From an uncultured bacterium (GTDB lineage: Bacteria > Schekmanbacteria > GWA2-38-11 > J061), in NCBI GenBank assembly GCA_964549305.1, contig CAZJVM010000037.1:1-25842 (forward strand): 25,842 nucleotides of DNA, written 5' to 3'. Position numbers and translations under genes: made by a program. Under the pieces are notes generated by a model, which saw nothing but the letters and a program-made list of their open reading frames with translations, did not search any database and was not told the DNA's origin. This document shows positions 17,719-25,842 of the stretch, in pieces. The stretch's first letter is position 1; the number at the start of each line of letters is the position of its first letter.

Positions 17719-18717
17719 CTATTTGTCTTCTCCGAGCGCGTCATAGAAGGCAACCACATCTTTTCTCTTTTCATCCATATATGCCATTGCGGACCTTGGA
17801 TGCATATTCATCTGTCCTGTGAGCATATAGGCAATGTCGTAACCCCATTCCACTTTTTCTCTGAGAGGAATAATATGGTCCTGAAGACACTGAAGCACCG
17901 GGCGGAGCTTGAACTTGGGATTTTTTAGGAATCCGAGTAAAAGTTCCGTCGGACAATTCCCCGCGCCTCTTCCAAGTCCGCCTATTGTGGAATCAAGATA
18001 TGATGCGCCGAGGATGAGGGATTCGATAGTGTTTGCGTAGGCAAGCTGTTGATTGTTGTGTGCGTGAATCCCGATTATCTTTCCTACCTTTTCCGCCGCT
18101 TTAATGTATTTCCTGGTCAATGCCTGAATTTCCTCAGAATAGAGAGAACCGAAACTGTCAACAAGATAGATTATATCCACATCTGTCTGACAGAGTAAGT
18201 CCAGTCCTTCGTCAAGCTCATGCTCGGGCACAACGGAAGTTGCCATCAGATTTACGGTGGTTTCATAGCCCTTTTCGTGGGCATCCTGAATCATCTCCAC
18301 TGCTGCGGGTATCTGATGAATGTATGTGGCAACTCTTATCATATCAAGTACGCTGTCACCTTTGGGCAGTATGTCATTATGATAATCAGTGCGCCCCACA
18401 TCCGCCATCGCGGCAAGTTTCAGCGATGTGGGATTGTCTCCCACAACTCTGCGTATATCCTCTTCAGTGCAGAATTTCCAGGGACCGTATTCTTCGGGAG
18501 AAAATATTTCTTTCGAGCCTTTATAGCCAAGTTCCATATAATCGATTCCCGCCGCAACACAGGCATCATAGACGCCTCTCACAAAGGCATCATCGAAGTG
18601 GGAGTTAGTCATCAAACCGCCGTCCCTTATTGAGCAATCGAGAACTTTAATGTCGGGGCGGTATGTGAGCCACGAACCCTTTTTTTCAGTTTTGCTTTTT
18701 TTATCTTTCTTAGTCAT
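17719..18717 (-). CDS. DRE-TIM metallolyase, 4-hydroxy-2-oxovalerate-aldolase-like catalytic domain protein
   Basis: LDCSIRDGG, VDSFGS, HAHNNQQL and GLGRGAGNCPTE motifs. Start placed at the ATG at 18717 (MTKKDKK), after a GGGAGA RBS; the ORF track gives 18753. Confidence 0.85.
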   Translation of the reverse strand: MTKKDKKSKTEKKGSWLTYRPDIKVLDCSIRDGGLMTNSHFDDAFVRGVYDACVAAGIDYMELGYKGSKEIFSPEEYGPWKFCTEEDIRRVVGDNPTSLKLAAMADVGRTDYHNDILPKGDSVLDMIRVATYIHQIPAAVEMIQDAHEKGYETTVNLMATSVVPEHELDEGLDLLCQTDVDIIYLVDSFGSLYSEEIQALTRKYIKAAEKVGKIIGIHAHNNQQLAYANTIESLILGASYLDSTIGGLGRGAGNCPTELLLGFLKNPKFKLRPVLQCLQDHIIPLREKVEWGYDIAYMLTGQMNMHPRSAMAYMDEKRKDVVAFYDALGEDK

Positions 18718-18966
18718 TTTGTCATATCTCCCGTAAAAATTACCCTGCTTCATCTAATCATCAGTGAGGATGCAAAAACAAAATTCCCTCACAAATTCAA
18801 TATTCATACTGCAGTGATTGCCTGCATAACATAATTTGCAGCAAAATCAATTTAAAATATCTCGAAATTCACTTTTTATCACTATCTTGTGATATAGCCA
18901 CAAATTTCAGGAAGTCCAAAAACGTTATTTTCCGGTAATTAAAAAAAGACGAAGAATCGGGAGGCC

Positions 18967-20283
18967 TTATTTCATAACTTCATCAAGACTTGCCTTGCCG
19001 TAATAATTAAGGAGTTTTTCTGCCACTGCGGGCCGTTCTTTCTTAATCCTGTCAATTTTTGACATAAGGGCTTTTTTCATTACTTCAGGCGCCGAATTCT
19101 CGCTTACATATCCTTCATAGACTTCGTTATCCGTAAGGGAGAAGAGGTAATCGAGCTCATCGGTGTCGAGAATTCCTATGGCATATCCCTTGAGCGCTTT
19201 TTCTATTTCACCGGGCCAGCAGTATTCGAAGGTGTCATACCAGAATTTGGAATACTCGTCATAACCGCATCCCGTGGCAAGGTGCTTTGCGACAACCTTT
19301 CCCGCTTTATATCCGTACATCATTGCCCCCTGACAGTATGTTTCTATGAATGATGCCGAATCTCCCACTGCAACGATGTTTCCCTCGACGGGAGGGACAA
19401 GACAGGAATAAAAATTCAATGTTGCCGCGGCAGTGTGCACAACCTCCGCGCCTTCAAACCAGTGGCTGAAAGGGCCTTTTTTCATAAATCTGTCAAGGCG
19501 CCTCTTCGTTGACCCTCCTATTGTGGACGCAAACATAAGGTCAACTACCGGTTCATCTCCGGGCTTTGCATCTTTGAGATACTTGTAAAGAAGGTAAATT
19601 TGTCCTCCGCCCTCCGGGGTGTGCCCCTTGCCTATAAAAGTAATCCACGACGGCTCAAAGGGTATCTTCGTGTTATGGAGAAAATATGATGCTACGTGGA
19701 ATGTAACGAAGTATTTTCTCTTCTTGAAAAGCTCGAGTCCCATTACTATCTGTGAATTCACACCGTCCGCGGCGATTACCGTTTTTGCGCGTATATCCTT
19801 TATACTTCTCGAGCGGCATCCTCTGATTAAAACTCTAACCTCGTTCTTTTTTATGTTTTCCGCGCGAAGGACAAAGGTTTCGGGAAGAACGTCAACGCCC
19901 TTTTTAACGCATTGCGTTAGCAGTCCGTCAAGAAGGACTTCCTTGTTGTATGAGATTGAAACGCCTTCGTCATTTCCGATTACGAGTTTTTTCCCGCCCG
20001 GCGTGATTCTTATGGACTGAGCGTGCTTTGCCCACATCCCCTTATATTCCACTTCAAGACCGAGCTTTTCGTATTGTATGTTGTTGTTGACTATTTTGCA
20101 CGTGTCACCGTGGGTATTGGGCTCGTTTATGAGCATCGTACAGCATGAGCGGTCGATTTTCGGAATATCCCTCTTCATATCTATTACGAGCACGGAGAGG
20201 CCTTCCTCAGCGGCAGTCTTTGCCGCCATAAGTCCCGCAGGTCCCGCGCCTGCAACGATTAAGTCGTATTTGCTTTTAACCAT
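18967..20283 (-). CDS. Geranylgeranyl-reductase/FixC-family FAD-dependent oxidoreductase
   Basis: YDLIVAGAGPAG Rossmann motif, IAADGVNS, VAVGDSA and an N-terminal RSCC motif; directly downstream of a ferredoxin. Confidence 0.85.
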   Translation of the reverse strand: MVKSKYDLIVAGAGPAGLMAAKTAAEEGLSVLVIDMKRDIPKIDRSCCTMLINEPNTHGDTCKIVNNNIQYEKLGLEVEYKGMWAKHAQSIRITPGGKKLVIGNDEGVSISYNKEVLLDGLLTQCVKKGVDVLPETFVLRAENIKKNEVRVLIRGCRSRSIKDIRAKTVIAADGVNSQIVMGLELFKKRKYFVTFHVASYFLHNTKIPFEPSWITFIGKGHTPEGGGQIYLLYKYLKDAKPGDEPVVDLMFASTIGGSTKRRLDRFMKKGPFSHWFEGAEVVHTAAATLNFYSCLVPPVEGNIVAVGDSASFIETYCQGAMMYGYKAGKVVAKHLATGCGYDEYSKFWYDTFEYCWPGEIEKALKGYAIGILDTDELDYLFSLTDNEVYEGYVSENSAPEVMKKALMSKIDRIKKERPAVAEKLLNYYGKASLDEVMK

Positions 20284-20292
20284 TTTCGTCTT

Positions 20293-20565
20293 TTAGTTAT
20301 CCCTTTCGGAGTCGATATCTATCTCCGGTTCGAAGAAATCATCTTCATCGGAAAAAGGGTTGCTTTCAAAATTCATGAGCACCACTTCGGGGAAACGGCA
20401 GTCGCTCGATATTGCATCCACTCCGCATACCGCCCTGCAGGTACCGCATTCAACGCAGGACATCTGGTCGATGTATGACTTATTGTCAATAAAACGTATT
20501 GCAAGCCTCGGGCACTGGTTTACACATCCTCCGCAACCGACGCAAACTCTTCTGTCAACTTTCAT
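20293..20565 (-). CDS. 2x[4Fe-4S] ferredoxin with an acidic C-terminal tail
   Basis: CVGCGGCVNQCP and CVECGTCRAVC motifs; tail SDEDDFFEPEIDIDSERDN. Confidence 0.92.
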   Translation of the reverse strand: MKVDRRVCVGCGGCVNQCPRLAIRFIDNKSYIDQMSCVECGTCRAVCGVDAISSDCRFPEVVLMNFESNPFSDEDDFFEPEIDIDSERDN

Positions 20566-20613
20566 TTTTTTTCTTTAAACCTCTTGATTAGGATGATTTA
20601 TAACTTCAGTTTA

Positions 20614-21375
20614 TTATTCCCTGCACATAAAGCACACTTCGGTGACATCTTCTTTTGCTTTTGTCTTTAACTTTATGAAATCAATAACGGCAGAAGGACC
20701 TATTGCTCTTCCGCACTTTGTGCAGGTTGCCATTTCAAATCCCGCTTTCCAGTTTTCAATGATTCTTGCGGGCCCTGAAATTTTTTCCCTGTCATCGACT
20801 TTACCTTCTTCGCCCTTTTCAATATCGTGTAGTTTTACGGCGCCGGTGGGGCAGATATAAAAACAGGTGCCGCATCCGATACAGGCAGACGATTTTTTAA
20901 AGTATGGTGTGGCAACCTTTTTTCCGTAACCTCTGCCTGCGTAATCTATCGCGCTTACGCCCACGATTTCCCGGCAAGCCCTGATGCAAAGCCCGCAAAG
21001 TATGCAGGCTTCGTTTTTGGCATTGAAGCGCTTGTTTCTTTTCACTCCCACTTCCTTTGCTATTTCCTTCAGGCGCGGTACATCCTTGCCGTCTATGAGG
21101 AGAAGCTCGGCTACGAGTTTTCTTGCCGACTTTACCTTCCCGCTTTCAGTGTCAATGTCAAGCCCTTCTTCCACTCTGTACCTGCATGAGGAAACAAGCC
21201 TTCCCTTGCCTGCGTTTCTTATCTCCACTACGCAGAGACGACATCCTCCGTAGGGCTTTAAAGCGTCGTGGTGGCAAAGCGTGGGTATATGAATCCCTTC
21301 GCGCCTTGCGCACTGAAGGATTGTTTCGCCTTCTTTCGCCTCAACATCTTTTCCGTTTATTCTTATCTTTGCCAT
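20614..21375 (-). CDS. NuoG/HydA N-terminal-like Fe-S protein (2Fe-2S, 2x4Fe-4S, C-terminal CxxC...CxxC) with no catalytic domain
   Basis: IPTLC...GGCRLCVVE...SSC, CILCGLCIRAC, CIGCGTCFYICP and CTKC...CFMC; only 253 aa. Confidence 0.9.
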   Translation of the reverse strand: MAKIRINGKDVEAKEGETILQCARREGIHIPTLCHHDALKPYGGCRLCVVEIRNAGKGRLVSSCRYRVEEGLDIDTESGKVKSARKLVAELLLIDGKDVPRLKEIAKEVGVKRNKRFNAKNEACILCGLCIRACREIVGVSAIDYAGRGYGKKVATPYFKKSSACIGCGTCFYICPTGAVKLHDIEKGEEGKVDDREKISGPARIIENWKAGFEMATCTKCGRAIGPSAVIDFIKLKTKAKEDVTEVCFMCRE

Positions 21376-21379
21376 ATCA

Positions 21380-23284
21380 TTAATTTATAATTACCGCGTC
21401 TGCCGGGCACACATCCTTGCAGGCGCGGCATTTAATGCATTTTTCCTGAATAATTCCATATTTCAATCCCATTGCGCCTTTTACTGCGTCTGCCGGGCAT
21501 GCCTTTTTACACTTGCTGCAGCTTATGCATTTTTTCCCGTCAATCGTAAGCTTGATTAAGCTCGGGCATACTCCCGCGGGACACTTCTTTTTCTTTATGT
21601 GCGCTTCGTATTCCTTTTTGAAGTAGCGGATTGTCGAAAGCAGGGGATTCGGAGATGTGGCGCCGAGATTGCAGAATGACCCTTCCTTTACGCTGTTGCC
21701 CATCTCTTCGAGAATATCGAGATCGCCTGCCTTGCCTTTGCCCTTTGTAATATCCTCGACTATCTCCTTCATCTTACGAATTCCCATTCTGCAGGGCACG
21801 CATTTTCCGCAGGATTCCTCCTCCAGAAAACCGAGAAAATATTTTGCCACATCCACCATGCAGGTTTCCTCGCCCATTACCACCATTCCGCCGGAGCCCA
21901 TTATGGAACCGGCATCGTAAAGCGCGTCATAATCAACGGGCAGGTTGAAAAGCTCCGCGGGAATACATCCTCCCGAAGGTCCCCCCGTCTGCACAGCTTT
22001 TGCTTTTCCGCCGTTTTTCACTCCACCGCCTATTTTGTAGATTATATCCTTAAGTTTTGTCCCCATGGGCACTTCCACAAGGCCGACATTTTTCACGTCT
22101 CCCACAAGGGAGAAAACCTTCGTGCCTCTGCACTCCTTTGTCCCGAGCGATGAAAACCATTTTGCACCTTTAAGGATTATCGCGGGAATGTTGGCAAGAG
22201 TTTCCACATTGTTTATCACCGTTGGTTTTCCGAAAAGCCCTTCTACGGCAGGATAGGGAGGCCTTCCCTGCGGTTCGCCCCACGAACCTTCAATGGACTT
22301 TATTAAAGCTGTTTCCTCACCGCACACAAAAGCGCCCGCTCCCTGATATATCTCGATGTTGAAGGAGAATTTCTTTCCCATTACCGAAGTTCCCAAAAGC
22401 CCCGCCTTTTTTGCGTCCTTTATAGCTTTCCCGAGCCGCAGGCAGGCAAGGGGATATTCAGAACGGACATATATATATCCCTTCTTTGCGCCGATGGCAT
22501 AGGCGCCTAAAATCATTCCTTCGATAACCGAGTGGGGGTCGCCTTCGAGAATTGCCCTGTCCATATATGCTCCCGGGTCACCCTCGTCAGCGTTGCAGAT
22601 TATATACTTTGTTCTGCTGTTTACCTGTGACGCTATTCGCCATTTTCTTCCCGTGGGAAAACCCGCTCCTCCTCTTCCGCGAAGTCCCGATTTTTCTATT
22701 TCTTCAGTCACCGTTTCAGCTTTGCCCGACTTCAGGACTTCAAGGAGTGAATAGTAACCGCCCCGCGCGATATATTCTTCTATGCTTTCGGGATTGATGA
22801 TGCCGCAGTTTCTTGTAGCAATCTTGGTTTGACCTGAATGAAATTTAGGCGCTTTCTCTTTCGCGCCTTTTTTACCTTTTCCGGAAATTCTTTTCTTTTC
22901 ACCGGTAAGTATTGACTTTTCTTCAGAGGAAATCATTACCGCTTTCGGCGGCACTTTCTGGGTTTTCAGGGATTCAACAATATTTTTAACATCATCTTCC
23001 GTTACATTTGCAAAGGAGAACTTTCCTTTTTCGGGGATGAAAACTTCTACAAATGGCTCGTTGTGGCACATTCCGATACAACCGGAGTGGGAGAGCGATA
23101 TGTTTTTCTCTTTTTCGATTTTTTCCTTGAAGAAATCGTAGATTGCCGCGGAACCTGAAGCAAGTCCGCATGAGGCAAGACCAACCGTTATTTTTATCTT
23201 TTTGGGATAAAGGGATTCCATCCCCGCTTTTTTATAGCGATCAAGCTCGCGTTTCCCTTTTATTTTGCTTTTTGCAGTCGCCAT
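21380..23284 (-). CDS. NuoF/HydB-like NADH-binding flavoprotein subunit (long form)
   Basis: GLRGRGGAGFPTG, CNADEGDPGAYMDR, GAGAFVCGEETAL, NNVETL, GGPSGGC, SCGKCVPCRMG, HIKKKKCPAGVC, C-terminal 2x[4Fe-4S], and an N-terminal thioredoxin-like Fe-S domain. Confidence 0.95.
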   Translation of the reverse strand: MATAKSKIKGKRELDRYKKAGMESLYPKKIKITVGLASCGLASGSAAIYDFFKEKIEKEKNISLSHSGCIGMCHNEPFVEVFIPEKGKFSFANVTEDDVKNIVESLKTQKVPPKAVMISSEEKSILTGEKKRISGKGKKGAKEKAPKFHSGQTKIATRNCGIINPESIEEYIARGGYYSLLEVLKSGKAETVTEEIEKSGLRGRGGAGFPTGRKWRIASQVNSRTKYIICNADEGDPGAYMDRAILEGDPHSVIEGMILGAYAIGAKKGYIYVRSEYPLACLRLGKAIKDAKKAGLLGTSVMGKKFSFNIEIYQGAGAFVCGEETALIKSIEGSWGEPQGRPPYPAVEGLFGKPTVINNVETLANIPAIILKGAKWFSSLGTKECRGTKVFSLVGDVKNVGLVEVPMGTKLKDIIYKIGGGVKNGGKAKAVQTGGPSGGCIPAELFNLPVDYDALYDAGSIMGSGGMVVMGEETCMVDVAKYFLGFLEEESCGKCVPCRMGIRKMKEIVEDITKGKGKAGDLDILEEMGNSVKEGSFCNLGATSPNPLLSTIRYFKKEYEAHIKKKKCPAGVCPSLIKLTIDGKKCISCSKCKKACPADAVKGAMGLKYGIIQEKCIKCRACKDVCPADAVIIN

Positions 23285-23291
23285 TTCTCTC

Positions 23292-23753
23292 TTATGCTTC
23301 CTTCTCTATCAGTTTTTTTACTCTGTCTGCGGTAAGTTCGCCGTGAATTGTTCCGTTTATGCTTACCACAGGAGCAAGAGAGCAGCATCCAAGGCATCTT
23401 ACCCTTGAAATTGTAAACGTGAGGTCATCTGTGGTGCCTTCATCCTCCAAATCCACTTCACTTGCAAACCTTTTAAGAAGGTTTTCCGAGTTTTTTACAT
23501 AACAGGCAGTGCCCACGCATATATTTATTGCCGTCTTTCCCTTCGGCTCGGTGCTGAATGCCTTGTAAAAGGTCGCAATGGAAAATATGTTTGAAAGAGG
23601 CACATCTATCTTTTCAGATAAAAACTCAAGCCCCTCTTCAGGAAGATAGTTGTATTTTTTCTGAATATCGTGGAGCAGTAATATGAGGTTTTTTTCAGGA
23701 TTCCTGTATTTTTTTATAATTCCATTAATCGTTTTTTGTATATTTTTTTTCAT
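23292..23753 (-). CDS. NuoE/HydC-like 2Fe-2S subunit
   Basis: LHDIQKKYNYLP, ATFYKAFS, ICVGTACYV and CLGCCSLAP motifs. Start moved to the ATG at 23753 (MKKNIQK), 5 nt after the upstream stop. Confidence 0.93.
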   Translation of the reverse strand: MKKNIQKTINGIIKKYRNPEKNLILLLHDIQKKYNYLPEEGLEFLSEKIDVPLSNIFSIATFYKAFSTEPKGKTAINICVGTACYVKNSENLLKRFASEVDLEDEGTTDDLTFTISRVRCLGCCSLAPVVSINGTIHGELTADRVKKLIEKEA

Positions 23754-23758
23754 TGTAC

Positions 23759-24634
23759 TTATTTGCAAAGGTCTTTTAGTTTGTCTGATTCCTTTGTAAG
23801 GCACTGCGTTAGTATTTTTGTGAAATTCTCCGGCACATATCTGTATCTTTTCTGAAAACCGATATATTCTCCCACTCTACCCGAGTCAATCTTAGGGGCA
23901 TCTTCAGAAAATGTTTTTCCCTCATATTCCCACAAGAGATGAAAACCCGATTCCACGGCAAGTATTCCCGCCTTTACCGTATCCGATGCCGAAAACATCC
24001 ATCCCGTAGGGCAGGGGGAGTGCAGATGAATCAGCGATGTCCCCTTTGACGATAGTCCCTTTTTCACTTTTTCCACAAGGTCAAAGGGATAGGATGGCGA
24101 TGCCGATGCCGAATAGGACAGGTTTAGATTGTCCGCCATATGAAATAGATTTCTCGTCTCAAGAGTGAATGAAATCTCTTTTTTTCCCGGAATATCGTGA
24201 TGATAACCGACTCCGAAGGGAAGGGGTCTGAATTGTCCGATTATCTCGTCCATATAGGATTCGTTGTCATAAAGGATGATGAAGAGATTTTTTCCCTTTT
24301 CGAGTATGGATTGAAATGAAACGAGGTTTTCCAGAAATACGGAAAAATCCAGCGCTATTACCGGTTTCCGTTTTTTTCCCTCTTTGTCCCCGCCTGATTT
24401 TAGAAGAAATTCCGCAATGCCCGAAAAGGATGTCTCATTCCAGTTGAAACCGGAAGATACAATCCTGTTTAAATCAGCTGAACTTTCAGGCTGTGAAGGG
24501 TTTGCCTCGGCAATTGCCTTTGCCGCGACGCGCACACCGAGCGCTTTTCCGCATCCCTTGCATGAACGGCGCGCGGAGACAAAGTTTTCTTCCTTTTTTA
24601 AAAGTTTAGGGACAAATACCGAGAATTTTTCCAT
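23759..24634 (-). CDS. PorB-like (2-oxoacid oxidoreductase beta) paralog with a degenerate TPP-binding site
   Basis: RRSCKGCG (cf. HRACxGCG), YDNESYM (cf. YDNEAYMNTG), YSASASPSYPFDLVEKVKK and SPCPTGW. The position of GDGG reads LDFS. Confidence 0.85.
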   Translation of the reverse strand: MEKFSVFVPKLLKKEENFVSARRSCKGCGKALGVRVAAKAIAEANPSQPESSADLNRIVSSGFNWNETSFSGIAEFLLKSGGDKEGKKRKPVIALDFSVFLENLVSFQSILEKGKNLFIILYDNESYMDEIIGQFRPLPFGVGYHHDIPGKKEISFTLETRNLFHMADNLNLSYSASASPSYPFDLVEKVKKGLSSKGTSLIHLHSPCPTGWMFSASDTVKAGILAVESGFHLLWEYEGKTFSEDAPKIDSGRVGEYIGFQKRYRYVPENFTKILTQCLTKESDKLKDLCK

Positions 24635-24654
24635 TTTATCTGTTTAGTTTATAC

Positions 24655-24945
24655 CTACTTAAAAAGAGGATGCCTCGGGACGGATTTTTCCATCTCCATC
24701 GCTATGCATCCCGTGACGCATTGTTTTTGGCATAATGCGCAACCCTTGCATAGGTTTAAATCCGCTTCGAAGTATCCTTCATCTGTTTCCCTGATAGCGC
24801 TGTCCGGGCAGTAAAGATAGCAGACTCCGCATTTTATGCATTTATCCCTGTCAACTTTTGGCGTTTCGAAACGCCAGTCGGAGTTGCTGTTAAAATGCAG
24901 GGCAACTGGAACCTTATCAATTTTATACTTTTGCTTTTTTTTCAA
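24655..24945 (-). CDS. Second PorD-like 2x[4Fe-4S] subunit
   Basis: SDWRFETP, CIKCGVCYLYCPD and CKGCALCQKQC motifs; TTG start with a GAGGGAG RBS at 24954-24960. Confidence 0.88.
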   Translation of the reverse strand: MKKKQKYKIDKVPVALHFNSNSDWRFETPKVDRDKCIKCGVCYLYCPDSAIRETDEGYFEADLNLCKGCALCQKQCVTGCIAMEMEKSVPRHPLFK

Positions 24946-25145
24946 ACCGAGTACTCCCTCGAAAATTAACCGTCTTTTATTATTAGATTTGTTTTATTTC
25001 AAGGAGAAAATGAAAAAAATACAAATACTTTTGTAAAAAAATATTTTTTTCTTGATAAAAATTGTTCTTCTTAATAGTTTTTTTAAATAATCAGTGGTTT
25101 GAGAGTTTTTTTAAAAAGAAGTCAGGAATCAGAAAAGGAGATGTC

Positions 25146-25842
25146 ATGATTAATGTAAGAAGAGTTTCGAGCATTGTAATCATTACAGGATTTATTACGG
25201 CAATTTTAGCGGGTCTTTACATTTATAAACCTGCAGGCCTGCCCGATGTGCCTGAAAACTTTTTGGACAACACCATTGTTGAAGAGACTTCAGGCAATGG
25301 CGTTGATGCCAGGTTTCTGAATATTCAAATGCCCTTTATCGAAAACAGGGGGCAGATGAGCGATGATGTAAAATTCTATGCCAACACCTTTGCGGGGAAT
25401 TTTTATCTCACAAATGACGGCGCTATGATTTATAGAATAATAAAGGCGGATGATGAACCGGAAACTGCCATATGGAAAAGAAACGGCGAGCTTGCAAAAA
25501 CAAAAAAAATGCAGTCTGTCGCTTTCAAAGAGAGTCTTTTGGGAAACAGGCAGGTTATCATCGAAGGGAAAGGTAAGACAGAAACAAAGGTAAATTACTT
25601 AAAAGGGAAAAAAGCGAAATGGAAGACCGCTATCCCAACTTATAACAGCACAAGCCTGGGCGAAGTTTACAAGGGCATATCCCTTTCACTGAATGCGCAC
25701 GGTAAAAATGTCGAGAAGGTTTTTACCGTGTCACCTCAGGGAAATCCCAAAGATATAAAACTCAGGCTTGAAGGCGCCGAAGGGTTGAAGGTAAATGATA
25801 GAGGCGAACTTGAAGTTAAAACTGACATTGCGTCCGTCTCTT
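25146..25842 (+). CDS. Secreted or membrane-anchored protein with the N-terminal domain typical of SBBP beta-propeller-repeat proteins (partial, runs off the right edge)
   Basis: My translation from the ATG at 25146 (AAGGAG RBS at 25135-25140) is open to the window end: N-terminal TM segment, MPFIENRGQ...VKFYA, KVNYLKG...W...IPTY, EVYKGISL, EKVFTVSPQGNP...I.L...GA..L.VN..GEL. Absent from the ORF track because there is no stop codon in the window. Confidence 0.82.
   Translation, partial: MINVRRVSSIVIITGFITAILAGLYIYKPAGLPDVPENFLDNTIVEETSGNGVDARFLNIQMPFIENRGQMSDDVKFYANTFAGNFYLTNDGAMIYRIIKADDEPETAIWKRNGELAKTKKMQSVAFKESLLGNRQVIIEGKGKTETKVNYLKGKKAKWKTAIPTYNSTSLGEVYKGISLSLNAHGKNVEKVFTVSPQGNPKDIKLRLEGAEGLKVNDRGELEVKTDIASVS

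Noticed and set aside
20614-23753. Respiratory complex I nuoEFG or an [FeFe]-hydrogenase
   Set aside because: There are no other nuo genes, and the A subunit is 253 aa with no H-cluster motifs or molybdopterin-like domain.
25001-25036. AAGGAG followed by MKKIQILL* (8-codon uORF)
   Set aside because: The RBS spacing is only 3 nt and the region is very AT-rich; it cannot be distinguished from chance.
102-25036. The many short antisense or alternative-frame ORFs in the track (e.g. 298-963, 1903-2394, 18120-18608)
   Set aside because: They are shadows of well-supported genes on the opposite strand or in another frame, with no recognisable motifs.

Overview
Gene-dense, moderately AT-rich bacterial chromosomal window, probably from an anaerobe; I cannot assign the taxon from sequence alone. 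Most genes are on the - strand. From left to right: the start of a 4-subunit pyruvate/2-oxoacid:ferredoxin oxidoreductase operon (porC-porD-porA, running off the left edge) directly downstream of dnaX-ybaB-recR; a formyltransferase plus NodB-fold deacetylase pair; pdxA; a GT-C (AftB-like) glycosyltransferase; a DUF62 SAM hydrolase; DUF116-def-fmt; an SxtJ-like / carbamoyltransferase / SxtK-like triad (the SxtK-like gene is absent from the ORF track); a YyaL-type thioredoxin-domain protein; a class I methyltransferase; and a DRE-TIM aldolase-like gene. The most unusual element is a tightly packed 7-gene redox operon (24945->18967). It encodes a PorD-like ferredoxin, a PorB paralog that has lost the TPP-binding GDG motif and one Fe-S cysteine, a HydC/HydB/HydA-N (NuoEFG-like) module with bifurcating-type HydB architecture but no catalytic domain, a ferredoxin with an acidic tail, and a geranylgeranyl-reductase-family flavoprotein. 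Two long rod-like intergenic hairpins each begin 3 nt after a - strand stop codon. I saw no rRNA, tRNA, CRISPR array or transposase. All family assignments are from motif recognition, not database searches.
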